Under the pieces are notes generated by a model. That model saw only the letters and a program-made list of their open reading frames with translations. It ran no database searches and was not told where the DNA came from. A DNA stretch of 64,000 nt. Origin: Arenicellales bacterium (GTDB lineage: Bacteria > Pseudomonadota > Gammaproteobacteria > Arenicellales > JAJDZL01). The position numbers and the translations under genes were made by a program. Numbering within the stretch: the first letter of the stretch is position 1; each line of letters begins with the position of its first letter. This document shows positions 55,240 through 64,000 of the stretch, one piece after another. The stretch is from positions 2,648,468 through 2,712,467 of the forward strand of contig OZ243952.1 in the NCBI GenBank assembly GCA_965214615.1, written 5' to 3'.

Positions 55240-57072
55240 TCAGTCGACGATGTGATACACCGGCGCCTTTTCCAGTTCCCATTCGCCGGATTCGGGATCG
55301 CGGCGCGAGACGGTCAGCGCATGCCAGTTGTCGTCATCCAGCTTCATGAAGTCGCCGCGATAGTAGTAGCCCGGCCAGCGCGTCTCCTCTCGGAACAGCG
55401 TATGCTGAACCACGGATTCAGACGCAATCGTGCGGTGCTTCAACTCCCACGCCCGCTGCAGCTGATGCAGGTCTTCAGCGCCGATGTGGTCAAGGTCTTC
55501 CTGCAATGTCTGAAGCAGGTCCCAGCCCCGGCGAAGCATCGGCTCGTTGGTCATGTAGTTGTTGCTGATTCCGCCTGCATATTCGTCCATGATCTTTTCC
55601 AGACGCTGCAGGCCGTGAATGGGCAGAATGTAGTGCGGCGAGACAGTGCCGCCGACGATTTCATTGCGGCCGATCTTGTAGTTTTCCAGCGGCCTGTAAA
55701 TGATCTTTTTCAGATCCTCGTACTGCTTCTCGGAAACCTTCACCTTGTCGTTGGCATGATCGCGGATGAACTTCACCGCAGCCTTCGCCGCAAGACGTCC
55801 CTCGGTGAATGAGCCGGACGAGAATGCGTGCGCCGTGCCGCCTAGCGCGTCGCCCGCGCCAAACAGTCCGTCCACAGTCATCATTCTGTTGTATCCCCAG
55901 TAGTATTCGTCCGGAGACACATCCTCAGGCCCGCTCGCCCAGGCGCCGGAGCATGTCGCGTGCGAACCCATCACGTAGGGCTCCGACGTGGTCAGTTCGG
56001 GATTGACGTATTTCGGGTCGATATCCTGGGAAGCCCAGACCACCGCCTGGCCCACCGTCATGCCAAGGAAATTCTCCCAGCCGATGATCTCCTTGTGCGG
56101 ATCCTGAAATGCCTCCTTGGTCACCATATGGATGGGTCCGCGTCCCGCCTTCATCTCTTCGATGAATGCGTGATTGCGCAGGCACGTCGGCGTCGGATGA
56201 TGATCAATGTACTCGCCTACCAGATTCTTGGTGTGCTCGTACCAGGTGGACTCGTATTCCTGGCCGTACGCGTTCTGAGTATAGGTTTTCAAGTGCAGGA
56301 AGTACGCCCCGACCGGACCGTAGCCATCCTTGAATCGGCAAAGAACAATGCGGTTCTCCATCTGCGTCATTTTTGCGCCGACCATGATCGGAAGCGCATA
56401 CGCCGATGCCGAGCTCCAGGGCGCATACCATGTGCGGCCCATGCCTTCTCCGACCGAGCGCGGCTTAAAGATATGCGACGCACCGCCGGCGCCTACGATG
56501 ACCGCCTTGGCGCGGAACACGTAGTAATCCCCGGTGCGGACATTGAAACCCACCGCGCCGCCAATGCGGTTGGGCTGGTTTTCGTCCATCAGAAGATGAG
56601 TCACCATGATGCGGTTGTAAATCTCGTCTGCCGATTTTTTCGCAGCTTCAGCCACGATCGGCTTGTAGCTTTCTCCGTGGATCATGATCTGCCACTTTCC
56701 TTCGCGCTGATAGCGTCCGGTCTTCGGATCGCGCATCAGCGGCAGACCCCATTCCTCGAACTTGTGCACAGTGGAGTCCACGTGGCGCGCCATATCGTAG
56801 GCGAGATCCTCGCGCACCATGCCCATCAGGTCGTTGCGCGCGTAGCGGACATGGTCTTCGGGCTGATTCTCATCCCACTGCATGCCCATGTAGCAATTGA
56901 TCGCGTAAAGCCCCTGCGCAACTGCGCCGGATCGGTCAATATTCGCCTTTTCGGCAACAACGACCTTAAGATCGCGGCCCCAGTAGCGCGATTCATAGGC
57001 AGCGCCAGTGCCGCCCATGCCGCCGCCGACGACAAGAATGTCGCAGTCGACAAATACAGTCTTGATGCGCAT
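55240..57072 (-). CDS. aprA: adenylylsulfate (APS) reductase alpha subunit (FAD)
   Basis: DILVVGGGMGGTGAAYE dinucleotide fold. 610-aa AprA-like sequence. The ATG overlaps the aprB TGA (TGATG). Confidence 0.9.
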   Translation of the reverse strand: MRIKTVFVDCDILVVGGGMGGTGAAYESRYWGRDLKVVVAEKANIDRSGAVAQGLYAINCYMGMQWDENQPEDHVRYARNDLMGMVREDLAYDMARHVDSTVHKFEEWGLPLMRDPKTGRYQREGKWQIMIHGESYKPIVAEAAKKSADEIYNRIMVTHLLMDENQPNRIGGAVGFNVRTGDYYVFRAKAVIVGAGGASHIFKPRSVGEGMGRTWYAPWSSASAYALPIMVGAKMTQMENRIVLCRFKDGYGPVGAYFLHLKTYTQNAYGQEYESTWYEHTKNLVGEYIDHHPTPTCLRNHAFIEEMKAGRGPIHMVTKEAFQDPHKEIIGWENFLGMTVGQAVVWASQDIDPKYVNPELTTSEPYVMGSHATCSGAWASGPEDVSPDEYYWGYNRMMTVDGLFGAGDALGGTAHAFSSGSFTEGRLAAKAAVKFIRDHANDKVKVSEKQYEDLKKIIYRPLENYKIGRNEIVGGTVSPHYILPIHGLQRLEKIMDEYAGGISNNYMTNEPMLRRGWDLLQTLQEDLDHIGAEDLHQLQRAWELKHRTIASESVVQHTLFREETRWPGYYYRGDFMKLDDDNWHALTVSRRDPESGEWELEKAPVYHIVD

Positions 57073-57542
57073 CAGTAATAGACTCCCTGCTTAAATTTTG
57101 CCTTGTCGATCGTCGGCAAGCCGATTTCTATGTTCAAGGCATCCGGCTCGTAGCAAAGCAGCTGATTGTCGAGCGCTTCGGCGCTGGGAACCTCAAGATC
57201 TGCCAGCTTCGGGATTTTCTCGCCCCAGGGCTGCGTCGTAATCGGAGAGACAAAGTTCTTCTCGCGCCCATCCCGGAACTTGATTCGCCACGATATGGTG
57301 CCCTTTTCTTCCTCGCGCAGCACCCGGACGCTGTGGCCGAGCGGCGCGAAATCGGCATAGCCGCGCGCGTCGATCGCGTTCTGCGGGCATGCCTTGATAC
57401 ACGAATAGCACTCCCAGCACATGTTGGGCTCGATATTTACCGCACGCCGATAGGTCTTATCGATGTGCATGATGTCCGAAGGACAGATGTCTACGCAATG
57501 GCCGCAGCCATCGCAACGGGTCATATATACAAATGTTGGCAT
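57072..57542 (-). CDS. aprB: adenylylsulfate (APS) reductase beta subunit (2x[4Fe-4S])
   Basis: MPTFVYMTRCDGCGHCVDICP and CWECYSCIKACP ferredoxin motifs. 156 aa. Confidence 0.9.
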   Translation of the reverse strand: MPTFVYMTRCDGCGHCVDICPSDIMHIDKTYRRAVNIEPNMCWECYSCIKACPQNAIDARGYADFAPLGHSVRVLREEEKGTISWRIKFRDGREKNFVSPITTQPWGEKIPKLADLEVPSAEALDNQLLCYEPDALNIEIGLPTIDKAKFKQGVYY

Positions 57543-57611
57543 ATTGAATAACTGTCGGATTAGTTGGTATTGATCAGTTCACCGGGCTTGATAGTACGCA
57601 CGAATGCGCGC

Positions 57612-58406
57612 TCAGTAGTTGCGCGGCAGGGACCGCTTGATTCCCAGCCCGAATTTCTCGGGCGCATCGGCGGGCTCGGGCAAATTGCTTCTTGATCCGT
57701 CGGCATCGGAAATGCGCTTTTGGAACGCCGCTGCCGGCTTAAAGAACATATGCGCGAACTTGGACCAGGGGACGCCGCCGAACAGCGTCAATGCGGCAGC
57801 GATGAATAGGACAAAAAACAGCCAGGCAAGGAAATTCGCGCCAACCGCAAGAAAGAACGACCACACGAGCGCAAACGTCATACACGCCACCAGCGACACG
57901 ACGAACAAATCCGCCGGAATGAATCGAAACTGTGATTGGCCCTCCGCCGTGACATCCGCACGAATGAAAAACCAGAACCAGTAGCCGCCGCCGCAGACCA
58001 TCAACGCACCCAGATGCCAGATCAGCGGGTGCAGTACCGGGGTTTGCGACGCGGGGTCGCTGTAGCCGAAAATCATCGTGCACGTCGCCAGCACGAAAAG
58101 TATGAAGCCGTACATCGTCAGCAGATGGGCGACTCTGCGGCGAGGATTGCAGAATTCGCCGGAAGCCAGCACATCGTGAACGGCTGCCGTCACCGCGATT
58201 CCGACCGTCTCGGCAGCGCCGACGCGGCGCGTGCTCCCCGATTTGGCCGCCTTCATGTTGTCAAAGAAATATCGGGCGCTCTTTTTGTGAATGACATCAA
58301 AGATCGTTCCAGCAATCACCAGCAGGAACATGACCACCACGAAAGTCTTCATCGCAGCCGGCGGGATCGTTGTTGCGATCTCGTTAAAGGGGTTAGTCGT
58401 TATCAT
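57612..58406 (-). CDS. aprM: APS reductase membrane anchor AprM-like (NarI/HdrE-like five-TM protein)
   Basis: Five hydrophobic helices and a C-terminal WSKFAHMFFKP block. It sits immediately upstream of aprBA. The call rests largely on context. Confidence 0.7.
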   Translation of the reverse strand: MITTNPFNEIATTIPPAAMKTFVVVMFLLVIAGTIFDVIHKKSARYFFDNMKAAKSGSTRRVGAAETVGIAVTAAVHDVLASGEFCNPRRRVAHLLTMYGFILFVLATCTMIFGYSDPASQTPVLHPLIWHLGALMVCGGGYWFWFFIRADVTAEGQSQFRFIPADLFVVSLVACMTFALVWSFFLAVGANFLAWLFFVLFIAAALTLFGGVPWSKFAHMFFKPAAAFQKRISDADGSRSNLPEPADAPEKFGLGIKRSLPRNY

Positions 58407-58591
58407 GAGTCAAGCATGCTCTCGTTTCTTTAGTTGAAGAAATCCGCATTCTAACGGAATATATTATTAGTTTAACGTAAGTAACCAATCAGTTCGTCAA
58501 TTTCGGCAGTCAGTGCCAATCAGTCCTAAGGGGAGCGCTTCTGCTCCGGTGCCGGGCGAAGTCGCCTCGCTTGCGCCAAACATGAACTGCG

Positions 58592-59581
58592 CTATGCGAT
58601 CAGCACAGTGGACCCTTGAGTCTTTCTCGCCTCCAAATCCCTATGCGCCTGCACAGCGTCGGACAAGGCGTAGCGCTGATTCACGTTGATCTTCACGGTG
58701 CCCGATTCCACATGCGAGCAAAGTTCCTCGGTCATCGAGACCAGGGCATCGCGCTTCGCCGTGTAGGTCATCAGGGTCGGCCGCGTAATGTACAGCGATC
58801 CCTTTTCGCGCAAAATGCCCGGATTGAATGCCTCGACTTCGCCGGACGCCTGTCCGAAGCTCACCAGCAGGCCTCTCGGAGCGAGGCAGTCCAGAGACTT
58901 GAAAAAAGTTGTGGCGCCTACCGAGTCATAGGCTACGGGGACTCCGGCGCCATCGGTGATTTCGCGAACCCGTTCGACAAAGTCTTCGCGGGTATACACG
59001 ACGGGATGGTCGCAGCCGTGCTCGCGCGCAATCTGCGCCTTTTCGTCGGTACCGACAGTGCCGATGACGGTCGCGCCGAGTGCCTTGGCCCACTGGCAGG
59101 CGATGAGCCCGACTCCGCCGGCCGCCGCATGAAACAAGATGGTGTCGCCCGGCTTGACCTGGAAGCACTGGCGAAGCAGGTACTGCGTCGTCAATCCTTG
59201 AAGCATCATCGATGCTGCGGTCTCGTCTGAAATTGCATCCGGCATCTTGACCAGGCGATGCGCGGGCATGACGCGCCAGTCCGAATACGCGCCGAGAGGC
59301 GGATTGGCGTATGCCACCCGGTCGCCGACTTGCAAGTCCGCTACGCCAGTGCCGAGCGACTCGACGATTCCGGCTCCCTCAAGCCCGTTGACAAAGGGAC
59401 TGGTCGGTGCGGGATAGATGCCTTGACGAAAGTAGACGTCGATATAGTTCAGGCCGACCGCTGTCTGACGCAGCAGAACTTCGCCTTCGCCCGGAGTACC
59501 GGGATCGTAGTCTTCCCATTTCATCACTTCCGGCGCGCCGGTTTGGTAAATCTTCATTGCCTTGGGCATTTGCTTCTCCAA
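58592..59581 (-). CDS. qor: NADPH:quinone oxidoreductase (zeta-crystallin-type MDR)
   Basis: FHAAAGGVGLIACQWAKALGA..IGTVGT..KAQ and LDCL..RGL.VSFG..SG blocks closely match the Qor family. The start could instead be at M5 (59569). Confidence 0.88.
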   Translation of the reverse strand: MEKQMPKAMKIYQTGAPEVMKWEDYDPGTPGEGEVLLRQTAVGLNYIDVYFRQGIYPAPTSPFVNGLEGAGIVESLGTGVADLQVGDRVAYANPPLGAYSDWRVMPAHRLVKMPDAISDETAASMMLQGLTTQYLLRQCFQVKPGDTILFHAAAGGVGLIACQWAKALGATVIGTVGTDEKAQIAREHGCDHPVVYTREDFVERVREITDGAGVPVAYDSVGATTFFKSLDCLAPRGLLVSFGQASGEVEAFNPGILREKGSLYITRPTLMTYTAKRDALVSMTEELCSHVESGTVKINVNQRYALSDAVQAHRDLEARKTQGSTVLIA

Positions 59582-59602
59582 TCAATCAATAAAAAATGCG
59601 GG

Positions 59603-60382
59603 CTAATGGGTCGCCCTGGGTTTTCGCGCGTCGCGAATTCGCTCATAGGCGGCACGGATTTCCTTGGTCTTTTCCGTCGCCATCTCAATCATTTCATCCG
59701 GCAAGCCTTTTGACACCAGCTTATCAGGATGGTACCGGCTCATCATGCGCCGGTAGGCGCGGCGGACTTCATTGTCATCCGCTTCGCTTTCGATTTCAAG
59801 AATCTTGTAGTCGTCGTGCAAGGACGGCTGGCCGGAGCCTCTGGAAACGCGCTCGTGCTCGAACACCTGTTCAAACTCGGCCTCGCTGAATCTGAGCCGC
59901 GACGCAATAAAGCGCAGCGAGGCCTCTTCGGCTTCGCTGATGCTGCCGTCTGCCAATGCGGCATGTACTTGAAACGAAAGGAATGCGCGAAGCAGATTCC
60001 GTGTGCGCTTGCACTCATCGTAGAACTGATCGACAACCTGGTCGACCGGAAAATCAGGATCCTTGCCCTGATTGAACAGCTTGATCGCAGTTTCGCGCTG
60101 ACCCGGCTGCAAATTCATGTGATTCATTACGGCATTGACGTACTCGATTTCATCGCGAGTAACGTGGCCGTCGGCCTTCGCGATATGCCCGAGTACGGTA
60201 AAGGTGGCGACAAAGAACGACGTCTGGCGCCGTTCCTGCTTGGATCCGAAACTATAGTCGCCCTGGGTCGAGTCGCGTTTTTTCGTCACAGAACTGCCAA
60301 GCACTGCTCCGAGCACGGCGCCAATCGGCCCAAACGCGAATGAACCGAGCACTCCGCCGAGTATTGCTCCCCACCAAGCCAT
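59603..60382 (-). CDS. djlA: co-chaperone DjlA (membrane-anchored TerB-like domain plus C-terminal J domain)
   Basis: Gly-rich TM N-terminus MAWWGAILGGVLGSFAFGPIGA. C-terminal J domain with YRRMMSRYHPDK. Confidence 0.88.
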   Translation of the reverse strand: MAWWGAILGGVLGSFAFGPIGAVLGAVLGSSVTKKRDSTQGDYSFGSKQERRQTSFFVATFTVLGHIAKADGHVTRDEIEYVNAVMNHMNLQPGQRETAIKLFNQGKDPDFPVDQVVDQFYDECKRTRNLLRAFLSFQVHAALADGSISEAEEASLRFIASRLRFSEAEFEQVFEHERVSRGSGQPSLHDDYKILEIESEADDNEVRRAYRRMMSRYHPDKLVSKGLPDEMIEMATEKTKEIRAAYERIRDARKPRATH

Positions 60383-61268
60383 AGAAGTATTAAATTAGAT
60401 TTTCCGATTATTTCCAGCGATTGCCAGCCGCAGTCGTTTCCGGGCAGATCAAGCACGCATGCGGACGAGAATCACACTGCCCGAATACCCCGGGCCGATC
60501 CAATACAAAGTTGGGATTATACTCGCGCAATTTATTTGCGATGCACCGTTGCGCAAGGATTTTCATACACACTTATTGGGAGCAAGCGCTCGCTTGGAGA
60601 CATAAATTTGATCTGGACCGAATTTTCGATGTCGATGGCGCATGTTGATACGAACACGGGCTGCATCACAGTCAAACAGTACCGGTATCGGGAACACAGC
60701 ATCCGTACCAACGAGGTGGCTGCGCGGACTTCAAAGCCGTGCACGCAAAGCGGGCGAGACGTGTTAACCAAGCTGTGCCGCGATTTTGGATTCACATACT
60801 GACCGGGCCGCCGAGAATGCACTCGCTTTCGGAGTGACCGCGCGCTGGTAAGATAATCGCCCCGACGTAGCGGCGACAATCAAGGGCAGTCGTCACGGCG
60901 GTTGCGCTGAACACGGAAATGCCAAAGTCATGTACATGTGCAGGATCCTTGATGTTGCCGGCGAAGAAGGCTGTCGCGGAAAGATCTGGGCCCGATATCT
61001 GTGGTGGTTTCTTTCGGGCCGCACACCGGTCGTTCGATGCTCTGACAATCTGAAGTGTCGCGGCTTTGCCGCCTCGCTGGCAAGTGAACCGAACTTGGCG
61101 ATTCAACACTGACTGCAGTCCCGGATCGGGCAGACCGGCAAGGCCAATCGCATGTGTTTGCTATCGAGCACGCCTCGTACTCGACTATTCAAACTCGCCG
61201 CCAGTCCTTCTCGCCGCGCCAATGCGCGACAAGCCCTGCCCTGCTCCGCTCAGCCCATCGGCGCAAGT

Positions 61269-62504
61269 TCAATTCAATTCCCGTGCAATCGCATCGATTG
61301 CATCCAGTTCATCCAAAGAGAAATCCATATTGAGAAAGTCCGGCCAGGATGACAGGGACGCCACAACCAGATCACTCGACCTGTCCACATAGATCATCTG
61401 TCCGAATACGCCTGACGCCTTGATTTTTCCGCGATCGACATCGCGAATCCAGAACTGGTTCTTGTAGGCGCCGCGCGGCCAGGCGTCGGCCCAGTAGGAT
61501 CGGGCAAATGCCGCACAGTCGCCCTCGCTGAACGTCTCGCGCACCCAGCTTTGCGGAACAATCTGCCGGTCCGGCCCGCGGCCGTCGCGAAGATAGAGCA
61601 ACCCTACTCTGGCATAGTCTCGAAGCGCCGCGTTGAATCCGCCGTCTGCAAGGGCATATCCGCTTCGGTCTACGGTGTAGCATGCGTCAAACTCCGCGCC
61701 CATAGGCTGCCACAGCAATTCGCTGACCAATTCCGCGAGACGCCGACCGGTTGCCCGCTGCATGACCCACGCCATGACATCGGACTCGATCGAACGGTAG
61801 TCAAAAAATCCGCCATGCCCTGTCTCCTTGACCAGCTTGAGCGGAATGTCCAGCACACTCGACGGCGAATTGGCACGCGAAGGCTTCCATCCGGATGCAT
61901 AGTCGACAAGCGCTATATCCGAATCCGGATCGCTGTAATTCTCGTTGAACCGGACTCCGCTTCGCATGTCCATGATCTGGCGAAGGTTCGCATCGCCATA
62001 CCCGCTGCCATCAAGTTCGGGAATCAGTCGCGACAGCGGAGCATCGCGATCAATGACGCCTTGATGGATCAGAATTCCGCATACGGTCCCCGTAATTGAT
62101 TTTGCGACCGACTGCGAAAGATGCAAAGTCGACGGACACATGTCATTGAAATACCGCTGGTAGACGATCCGCCCGCCATGAATGACTACGAATCCGTCCG
62201 TATAGGTTTGCTCAAGGACTTCGAGGACGGTGCGGCGCTTGCCGTTTCTAGGATGAACGACTTTAAGTTCATCAAGATCGCAATCGTCCTGCGCAAGATG
62301 CCAAACGGGGCCTGCGCCCCGGGGTACCGCGGCCGTCGGCAGGATTTCGCGGATGTGCTGAAACGACCAGCGGTTGTAAGGCGCGCGATCCCAGTTATCC
62401 AGATTGATTCGCTTGTCTTCAGGCGGCGGGAATCCGACCATGATTCCCATCTCCCGGGCTGTCTTTGGACGTGTCTGCATCAATTCAATTCCATCGTAGA
62501 TCAA
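61269..62504 (-). CDS. serine hydrolase of the beta-lactamase/transpeptidase-like family (6-aminohexanoate-dimer-hydrolase-like)
   Basis: SxxK active-site motif in LSQSVAKSITG. 411 aa. The start may be at an internal Met. Confidence 0.82.
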   Translation of the reverse strand: MIYDGIELMQTRPKTAREMGIMVGFPPPEDKRINLDNWDRAPYNRWSFQHIREILPTAAVPRGAGPVWHLAQDDCDLDELKVVHPRNGKRRTVLEVLEQTYTDGFVVIHGGRIVYQRYFNDMCPSTLHLSQSVAKSITGTVCGILIHQGVIDRDAPLSRLIPELDGSGYGDANLRQIMDMRSGVRFNENYSDPDSDIALVDYASGWKPSRANSPSSVLDIPLKLVKETGHGGFFDYRSIESDVMAWVMQRATGRRLAELVSELLWQPMGAEFDACYTVDRSGYALADGGFNAALRDYARVGLLYLRDGRGPDRQIVPQSWVRETFSEGDCAAFARSYWADAWPRGAYKNQFWIRDVDRGKIKASGVFGQMIYVDRSSDLVVASLSSWPDFLNMDFSLDELDAIDAIARELN

Positions 62505-62620
62505 TTCGCAATTTACAAGATTCGGTCACTTCAGACCGCGTTCCATGCATGGCAGGCACCGGACCAATTCACCGGACCGCCGGACATGCGCCAGTCGCAG
62601 CGTCACGCCCATTCGCGAAT

Positions 62621-63517
62621 CTATCCGGTCCGGCGCATGGTGCGCAGCGCCTGGCCGACGATTGCTGCAAGAACGATCGCGCCTCCGATCAGCGTCAATT
62701 GCCCCGGCATCTCCCTGACCACCAGCCAAACCCAGATCGGTCCCAGTACGACTTCCGTAAGCGACAAAAGCGTAATTTCGGCAGCCGGCAAATATTTCGA
62801 CCCATTGACAAATATGATGAGCCCGATGCCGACCTGAAATATGCCCATGGTCGCGCACATCAGCCAGTCGTTCAGCACAATGTCAAAGGTTCCCCGGGTG
62901 ATCAGTATCATGCTCCCGGATACAGCCAGTGCACAAAAGCCTGCCCAGAAAACGGCAGGTATAAGATCGGTATTCCTTCCCCACCGAAGCAGCACCGCGA
63001 ACATTGCGAAGCCGGTGGCGGCAAGCAGGCCCATGACCGATCCGAACAGCGTCCCAAGCTGAACCCCTTCGAACACCATGACCCCGACGCCGGCAGTTGC
63101 GATCAGTATGAACCACCATGTCGAGTGCGGCACACGCTCCTTGAGCAGCCACCAGCCAAGAATCGCGGCGATAAATGCAGATGTCGAAAGCAGAAACAGC
63201 GCATTGGCGACCGTAGTATGGGTCAGGGCGAATATCCAGCTGCAAAACGCCAGTCCAAGCACCGAGCCTGCAACAACCGCCAGCCAGCCGCCGGATTTAA
63301 AGGTATGCGCAACTTTGCCGCGACGAAAGACAACGATGTAGGTCAGCAGAAACGCCGACAGAGTCAGCGAGCGATGGAAAAGGATAGTCCACTCGGTTGC
63401 AAATTCAATCAGCCGCACTGCCAATCCGGCGATGCTCCAGAACACGCCGGCGGTAAGTACTAAAAAAACACCCTTCGACCGGTTTGAGTATGCGTATAGG
63501 TCGCTTTGAACTGCCAT
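62621..63517 (-). CDS. DMT-superfamily (EamA-type) transporter
   Basis: 298 aa, about 10 TM helices. The antisense 332-aa ORF is Arg/Pro/Gln-rich and implausible. Confidence 0.85.
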   Translation of the reverse strand: MAVQSDLYAYSNRSKGVFLVLTAGVFWSIAGLAVRLIEFATEWTILFHRSLTLSAFLLTYIVVFRRGKVAHTFKSGGWLAVVAGSVLGLAFCSWIFALTHTTVANALFLLSTSAFIAAILGWWLLKERVPHSTWWFILIATAGVGVMVFEGVQLGTLFGSVMGLLAATGFAMFAVLLRWGRNTDLIPAVFWAGFCALAVSGSMILITRGTFDIVLNDWLMCATMGIFQVGIGLIIFVNGSKYLPAAEITLLSLTEVVLGPIWVWLVVREMPGQLTLIGGAIVLAAIVGQALRTMRRTG

Positions 63518-63710
63518 TCGGCGGCACCCGCGTCTGGGTAAACATCAACACTGGGCCGGCATGCCCATCGAACGCGGCCGACCTTGAATGCCGATCAACT
63601 AATCAAAGCAATATCGTATACGATATTGATCAAATCGTGATGATGCAAAACGCTCCGTCCAGCCAGCTTGCGGACCGTCGGAAATCGTCAGAACCAAGGC
63701 AGGAATTCAA

Positions 63711-64000
63711 ATGGAAAAGCTTGACCGATCAGACCAGGAGTGGAAGTCTCTGCTCTCCCCCGACGAATACCAGGTTCTGCGAAGAGAAGGGACCGAGCGG
63801 CCTTTCAGCAGCGCATTGAACAAGAACGACCAGCAGGGAGTCTACGAATGTCGCGGCTGCGGGTTGCCGCTTTTTGAATCAGCTGCCAAATTCGACAGCG
63901 GAACCGGCTGGCCGAGCTTTCACACGGCGATCGAAGGCAACCTGGAAACCAAGACTGACTTTAAACTGATTCTTCCGCGCACCGAATACCATTGCGCACG
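63711..64000 (+). CDS. msrB: peptide-methionine (R)-S-oxide reductase MsrB, 3' end cut by the window edge
   Basis: My own translation from ATG 63711: MEKLDRSDQEWKSLLSPDEYQVLRREGTERPF...YECRGCGLPLFES..KFDSGTGWPSF...EYHCAR. This ORF is not in the supplied track because no stop is reached. Confidence 0.9.
   Translation, partial: MEKLDRSDQEWKSLLSPDEYQVLRREGTERPFSSALNKNDQQGVYECRGCGLPLFESAAKFDSGTGWPSFHTAIEGNLETKTDFKLILPRTEYHCA

Noticed and set aside
60792-61109. 105-aa GTG-initiated ORF, considered as a DUF2778/L,D-transpeptidase-like (Tlde1) gene because of GAIILPAR.
   Set aside because: The catalytic Cys position reads Ala, and the rest of the family pattern is absent. I treat it only as part of the possible decayed-gene region.
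1-64000. Search by eye for tRNA, rRNA, tmRNA, transposase, integrase and inverted terminal repeats.
   Set aside because: I found no cloverleaf-compatible sequence with both T-arm halves, no rRNA-like stretch and no transposase or integrase motif. Only the 20-nt tRNA-end-like fragment reported above was seen. A proper tRNAscan and Infernal run is still needed.

Overview
The window reads as a gene-dense stretch of proteobacterial-type chromosome. By eye it is moderately GC-rich, with a few visibly AT-richer patches; I computed no composition statistics. About 50 protein genes are supportable. I found no rRNA, tRNA, CRISPR array, transposase or integrase.

Most of the content is uptake and catabolism of small methylated amine and organosulfur compounds:
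- A 5'-truncated TRAP solute-binding gene, followed by a ThiXYZ-like NitT/TauT ABC importer (1-3.3 kb).
- An AT-rich single-gene Fic island abutting moeA (4.3-7.3 kb).
- A Dpp/Opp-type ABC importer with two tandemly duplicated Tat-signal binding proteins and an embedded non-pyrrolysine MttB-family methyltransferase (7.5-16 kb).
- Genes for a CMD/AhpD-like protein, a TauD-family dioxygenase and a TPR protein (16-20 kb).
- An operon of a dimethylglycine/sarcosine-dehydrogenase-like gene, a second MttB-family gene and an unknown gene (20.2-25.2 kb).
- An RND efflux pair (25.5-29.9 kb), cysC, and an ABC-2/GldG-type system (30.8-34.1 kb).
- A nine-gene minus-strand cluster (34.4-43.5 kb). It encodes a 2-ATPase/2-permease/1-SBP NitT/TauT importer, a four-component Rieske oxygenase and a PanB-family enzyme.
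- Two orphan P-loop ATPase genes in ORF-poor or AT-rich surroundings, either side of a LysR regulator (43.9-49 kb).
- A PhyH-dioxygenase/AruI-like TPP decarboxylase pair.
- aprM-aprB-aprA (membrane-anchored APS reductase) plus a TPR gene (53.5-58.4 kb).
- qor, djlA, a serine hydrolase, two EamA transporters and a 3'-truncated msrB.

The most interesting candidates, in my reading:
- The Rieske/PanB/ABC cluster.
- The two MttB-family loci, which have no corrinoid partner in view.
- The read-through terminator architecture around the duplicated binding-protein genes.
- The small accessory insertions: Fic, a DUF4143 ATPase and a STAND-like NTPase.

All functional calls rest on motif and family recognition by eye. 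No database search was run.
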